From: the human T2T-CHM13v2.0 reference genome, Homo sapiens
Assembly: GCF_009914755.1 (NCBI RefSeq)
Contig: NC_060934.1
Direction: 5' to 3' (one strand)
DNA length: 64,000 nucleotides
Positions within the stretch are counted from its first letter, which is position 1; each line of letters begins with the position of its first letter. Both the position numbers and the translations under genes were made by a program. Of the stretch, positions 53,032-64,000 are shown piece by piece. The notes below the pieces were generated by a model. The model made no database searches and had not been told where the DNA came from. It was given only the letters and a program-made list of their open reading frames with translations.

Positions 53032-54469
53032 TTATTTGGAGTATTATCATGGCTTAGATGTAAAGGGGGATCTAGTGAGCAAATGATGCAGATCATTCCT
53101 TTCATAGACCCATAAACATCTCAGCGAGGTGAAGTAACTTACCCAATATCACACAGAGATGCATGATTCTGGGCCTCATGTTGCCACCTCCCCCATCACC
53201 CCTGAGTTTAGTAGTAAGTCTGTGAAGCAAAAAATTTAAAAATGGAGACATCTTGGCTTTGTGTGGTAGTCATGGTGGTGATATGCGAGAAAGAGCTTTA
53301 TGTTGCATTTGGATGAGAAAAGGCCAGAGGCATCTTGGTGGAAGCAACCATGGAAAAAAAACAGACTAAACTGTTTTCTTACCCACCCCTTAGATTTCCA
53401 AAGCACGTATAGTTTGGAAAAATAAAAAGAAAGGACCAAAAAAAAAAAAAAAAAAACTAATGACCTCAGAACTTAATAGCAGGCCCAATTTATAAACTAA
53501 CCGTGTTTCCTACATTCAACATGTTTATGGTTCCATGCAGTCTAAGCATGGTTTATGAGCCATGGTGTTAACATAAACCTGGGTTAGGTTTAAGAGGTTA
53601 TATTCCAGATGTGTGAAGAGGCTTCTTTGCAAAACAGCTTGCCATCTCAGAGAGCCCTTATATCTTTACACTGAAGGTCTACAAACAAACACAAAAGAGA
53701 AGTCAGAGAACCTGCAGTTGAGGTCAGAGAACACAGTGCAATCAAATTTTTATCTTGCTAGGGCCCTTTCTGGAGTCTCATTAATTAAAGCTCTTAGTTT
53801 AGCAACCTGGTTGTGAGTATTTTTCCTTTCTTGTCAGCACAGTGAAAAAAAATGCTAGTAGGGTAGGTGGGTAATACACTTGTAAGACCATGGAAACGTT
53901 CTCTCTGCCAGGCTCCTTGTCCGCAACAAATTGTGAATTATGTTTCTGTTTTCATCCACACTGGACAATAAGAGTCTTTAATGTTCACATTTCTCTTCTT
54001 CAAAAGGAGATTTGTGCTCCGAATCCCCAGTAAACATTTGAAAACCCTATTCAAAATACTGTATTTGCAATTTCTGTGAAACATTTTAAGATGGCTTCCA
54101 AGTTTTTATAAAGGATTATAAAAATGCCTCATTTCTATTTGTAGTAAGTCATAATGTTGGATTAAGGGAAATACTTTTGGTATACAATGAATACTGTTCA
54201 GTTACATTGGTGTGGGAAATGGAAAAGTAATTTTTAAAAGTAAGAAAGACAAATGCTGTTGAGGAAAATATTCATGAAATAACTTTTACTTACCTTTTCC
54301 TTGTATTAATACATTGCACAGGATGAATCGCTACTAAAATTGATGAAATCTTAACATTGTTATAAATAAGAGGAATAGCATCTATAATATAAGGTAGGGA
54401 ACAGTTCCCTAAATCTCAAGCACATAGAGGCCACCTCCACAACTTTAATCATGTCTACACTCCATCTGA

Positions 54470-54820
<351 letters not shown>

Positions 54821-55020
54821 TAAACAAGAATAACTATGAAGTCCCAGGCTTGGTTTGTTCATTATATTTTTTCTAATACGTACGAGAAGAAAGGATAATT
54901 ATTACCTAAAATACCATGCATACTAGGGATACATTTGACACACTTAAAAATCAGAAAGTATTACCCTACTAGTTGAGGCTGAAGCATGGGATTTAACCTG
55001 GCTCTAGCCACAGGATTTTA

Positions 55021-57953
<2,933 letters not shown>

Positions 57954-57964
57954 AAAAGAATTGA

Positions 57965-58370
57965 AATGCCACTCAAAACCTGTTAGAACTTATAGACAAA
58001 TTCAATAAAGTTGCAAGATACAAAGTCAAAATACAAAAATCAGTAGCATTTTCATACACCAACAACAAGTTATCCACAAACAGAAGGAAAGAAAGCAATC
58101 CCATTTACAGTAGTTAAAAAGAAGTTAAATACCTAGGAGTACATTCAACCAAGGAAGTGAAAGGTCTCTACACTGAAAACTACAAAACATTGGCGAAAGG
58201 AACTGAAGACGCAAATAAATGGAAAGACATGCCATGTTCATGTATTGAAAGATTTAATATTGTTTAAATATCCATACCACCCAAAGCAATCTACAGATTC
58301 AATGCCATCCCCATCATAATTCAAACAATACTTTTTCTCAGAAATTAAAAAAAAAAGTCCTGAAATTTGT
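57965..58370 (+). mobile_element. Older L1M ORF2 fragment
   Basis: Degenerate aaagttgcaagatacaaagtcaa...aaagcaatctacagattcaatgcc. Confidence 0.75.
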
Positions 58371-58558
58371 ATGGCACTTTGGGAGGCTGAGGCAGGTGGA
58401 TCACTTGAGGTCAGGAGTTCGAGACCAACCTGACCAACATGGTGAAACCCCGTCTCCACTAAAAATACAAAAAGTAGCCAGGTATGCTAGCGCCCGCTTG
58501 TAATCCCAGCTACTCAGGAGGCTAAGGCAGGAGAATCGCTTGAACCCAAGAGGTGGAG

Positions 58559-58702
58559 GAAGAGAAAGAAAGAAAAAGAGAGAAGAAAGGAAAGATAGAA
58601 GAAAGAAAAAGAAAGAGAAAGAAAGAAAGGAAGGAAGGAAGGAAGGAAGGAAGGAAGGAAGGAAGGAAGAGAAGAAAACAAAGGAGGGAGGGAGGAAGGG
58701 AA
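58559..58702 (+). repeat. Polypurine tract including (GGAA)10 at 58629-58668, replacing the 3' end of an Alu (58373-58558)
   Basis: Directly visible. Confidence 0.9.
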
Positions 58703-58771
58703 ACTTTGTAAACTGTAACATGTAAAGCACGAGTAGTTTTCCTGGAAAGTGTGGGATTGCCCACGATGCAG

Positions 58772-58927
58772 CCTGTGCTCCTCAAACTTGACCACACGGG
58801 TGGATCACACGGGATCTTGTGAAAAGGGGAGTTCTGATTAAGTGTGGAGCCAGTAGGAGATTCTGCATGCTAGCAGGATCCCTGGTGATGTTAATGCTGC
58901 TGACCTGTAGACCACTTTGAGTAGCAA
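58772..58927. mobile_element. MER5-like hAT MITE
   Basis: ctcctcaaactt...ggtgatgttaatgctgctg...accactttgagtagca. Confidence 0.65.
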
Positions 58928-59345
58928 AATAGAGAAAATTTAAAACTACAAATCACATGGTTCAGCCTTGATTTCTGAGTCTTAGGGTTGATTTCTGTAT
59001 GTACCAACACTGTCAATAAGAAAAACTGCTATGCACTGTTCCTGGGAGCTTAGTAGTTAATGCAAACAGTATTTGGAGTCATAACACAATCTGGCAAAGA
59101 GCGTTGTTCCAGGGCTGAAAATGCTGATGGAATTAGCCAACTCACCTATCTGCATATTCCTCCCTCCTGGAGAAGAAAAATTAGGGATTGGGTCTTTTGA
59201 AAGTAAAAAGAACTTAATACGTTTCAAATATTTATTTTGTTCTAGACACGGATATAAAATATCCAAAATCCACAACTGCTTTGAGGTAACCATTATCCCC
59301 ACTTCATAGTTGAAGGTACTACAAAATACTATAGATGAAGATACT

Positions 59346-62977
<3,632 letters not shown>

Positions 62978-64000
62978 TGTACTGGCTGCATTATTAAGGG
63001 CAATATAGATGCTAATAAATGTAAGAAAGCAACTGGAATAAATAAACATGAAATGAGGAATTCAATGCAACTACCATAAGAATAAAAATAGAATCTATGT
63101 ATAATTGTTTCTATTTGGAAAAAATTATTTTTCCTTTACTTCTTGACAATTTTCCAACAAGAGCTAAGTTGCCCACATTCCATGTTGCTGTCTTGGAGTG
63201 GGGAGAAATCTGTCTTCAAGAGAGCGTGAGAGCCAACTGGATCTGCATGGTGTGTGAACAAGACGGGTTACAATAGAAAAACAAAGTCCAGGCTGGCCAC
63301 TTAGCGTAGCTCATCTTGGATGCCTCCAAAAATCTCTAAATGTTGCTCAACTTAGCCAGAATTGTGTTAAACAACACAGGATAAGAGATGAAATCATGTT
63401 TGAGCTCCACTTGTAATCAGAATGCCGGAAGGGATGGCAGAAATCTCCTCCCCCAACTCCCGCCATGGAGGGAGCTAGGTCATATGAAGGAAGGCAACCA
63501 CCAATGACACCCAGCTAGCTAATTTGGTGACAGACCTAGGTCCTTGACACCTTGATATTTCAGCAAGCTGCCTGTCAGTGGTGTCGGGTGAAACATCCAA
63601 AGTAATGTTCTCAACAGCATGCCTCACCTCCCAAATATTTTACAAATATTATCCAAGAATGATGTATTAAGAGTGAGAGTAGTTTCTGTGATTGTTAACT
63701 GCCTTAAACCCCCACATCCTGTTCATGTTACTGGCGTCTGCCTTTGATACTGTATCCATAGCAATGTGCAAATATTGTAAACACTCTGCTGACCCAGGGG
63801 TTTTCTTGCCATTGGCTGAAGGTGCAGCACTAATATGTTGCACATGTACACAGAATGGCCGTAGTTACAGCATTTATGAAGCTTTGACATCTGCACAGCC
63901 AGAGAGCTTGCTGGCTTACGTTCTGCATATCAGAGTATTTCCTAGGTAACTGAAAATAAATACATTATGAAATTTCAATTTTCAGTGTGTCACTAGTGTT

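Overview
Primate (almost certainly human) genomic DNA, very Alu-rich, corresponding to the TMEM254 locus (10q22.3 from recall). The only intact protein-coding gene is TMEM254 (+ strand, 4 coding exons, 123 aa, CpG-island promoter), which also has a second, apparently paralogous first exon. The left edge holds the 5' half of a processed C1D pseudogene. The main hidden feature is on the minus strand at about 7.5-16.6 kb: an intron-containing, frameshifted PRD-class homeobox gene of the CPHX type. Its homeodomain is split by a GT-AG intron at codon 46/47, it has a long Q-rich last exon, and it has a candidate promoter with a 17-bp KLF/SP-box tandem repeat. It lies in the path of the divergent antisense transcript from the TMEM254 promoter. 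The window also contains an Alu-junction inverted duplication, a nested MER4-group ERV remnant, a twin-primed L1PA insertion, a Tigger3-like DNA transposon and many MIR/L2/L1M fragments. Nearly all listed six-frame ORFs are Alu/L1 artefacts. Family assignments come from remembered consensus and protein sequences, not from database searches.
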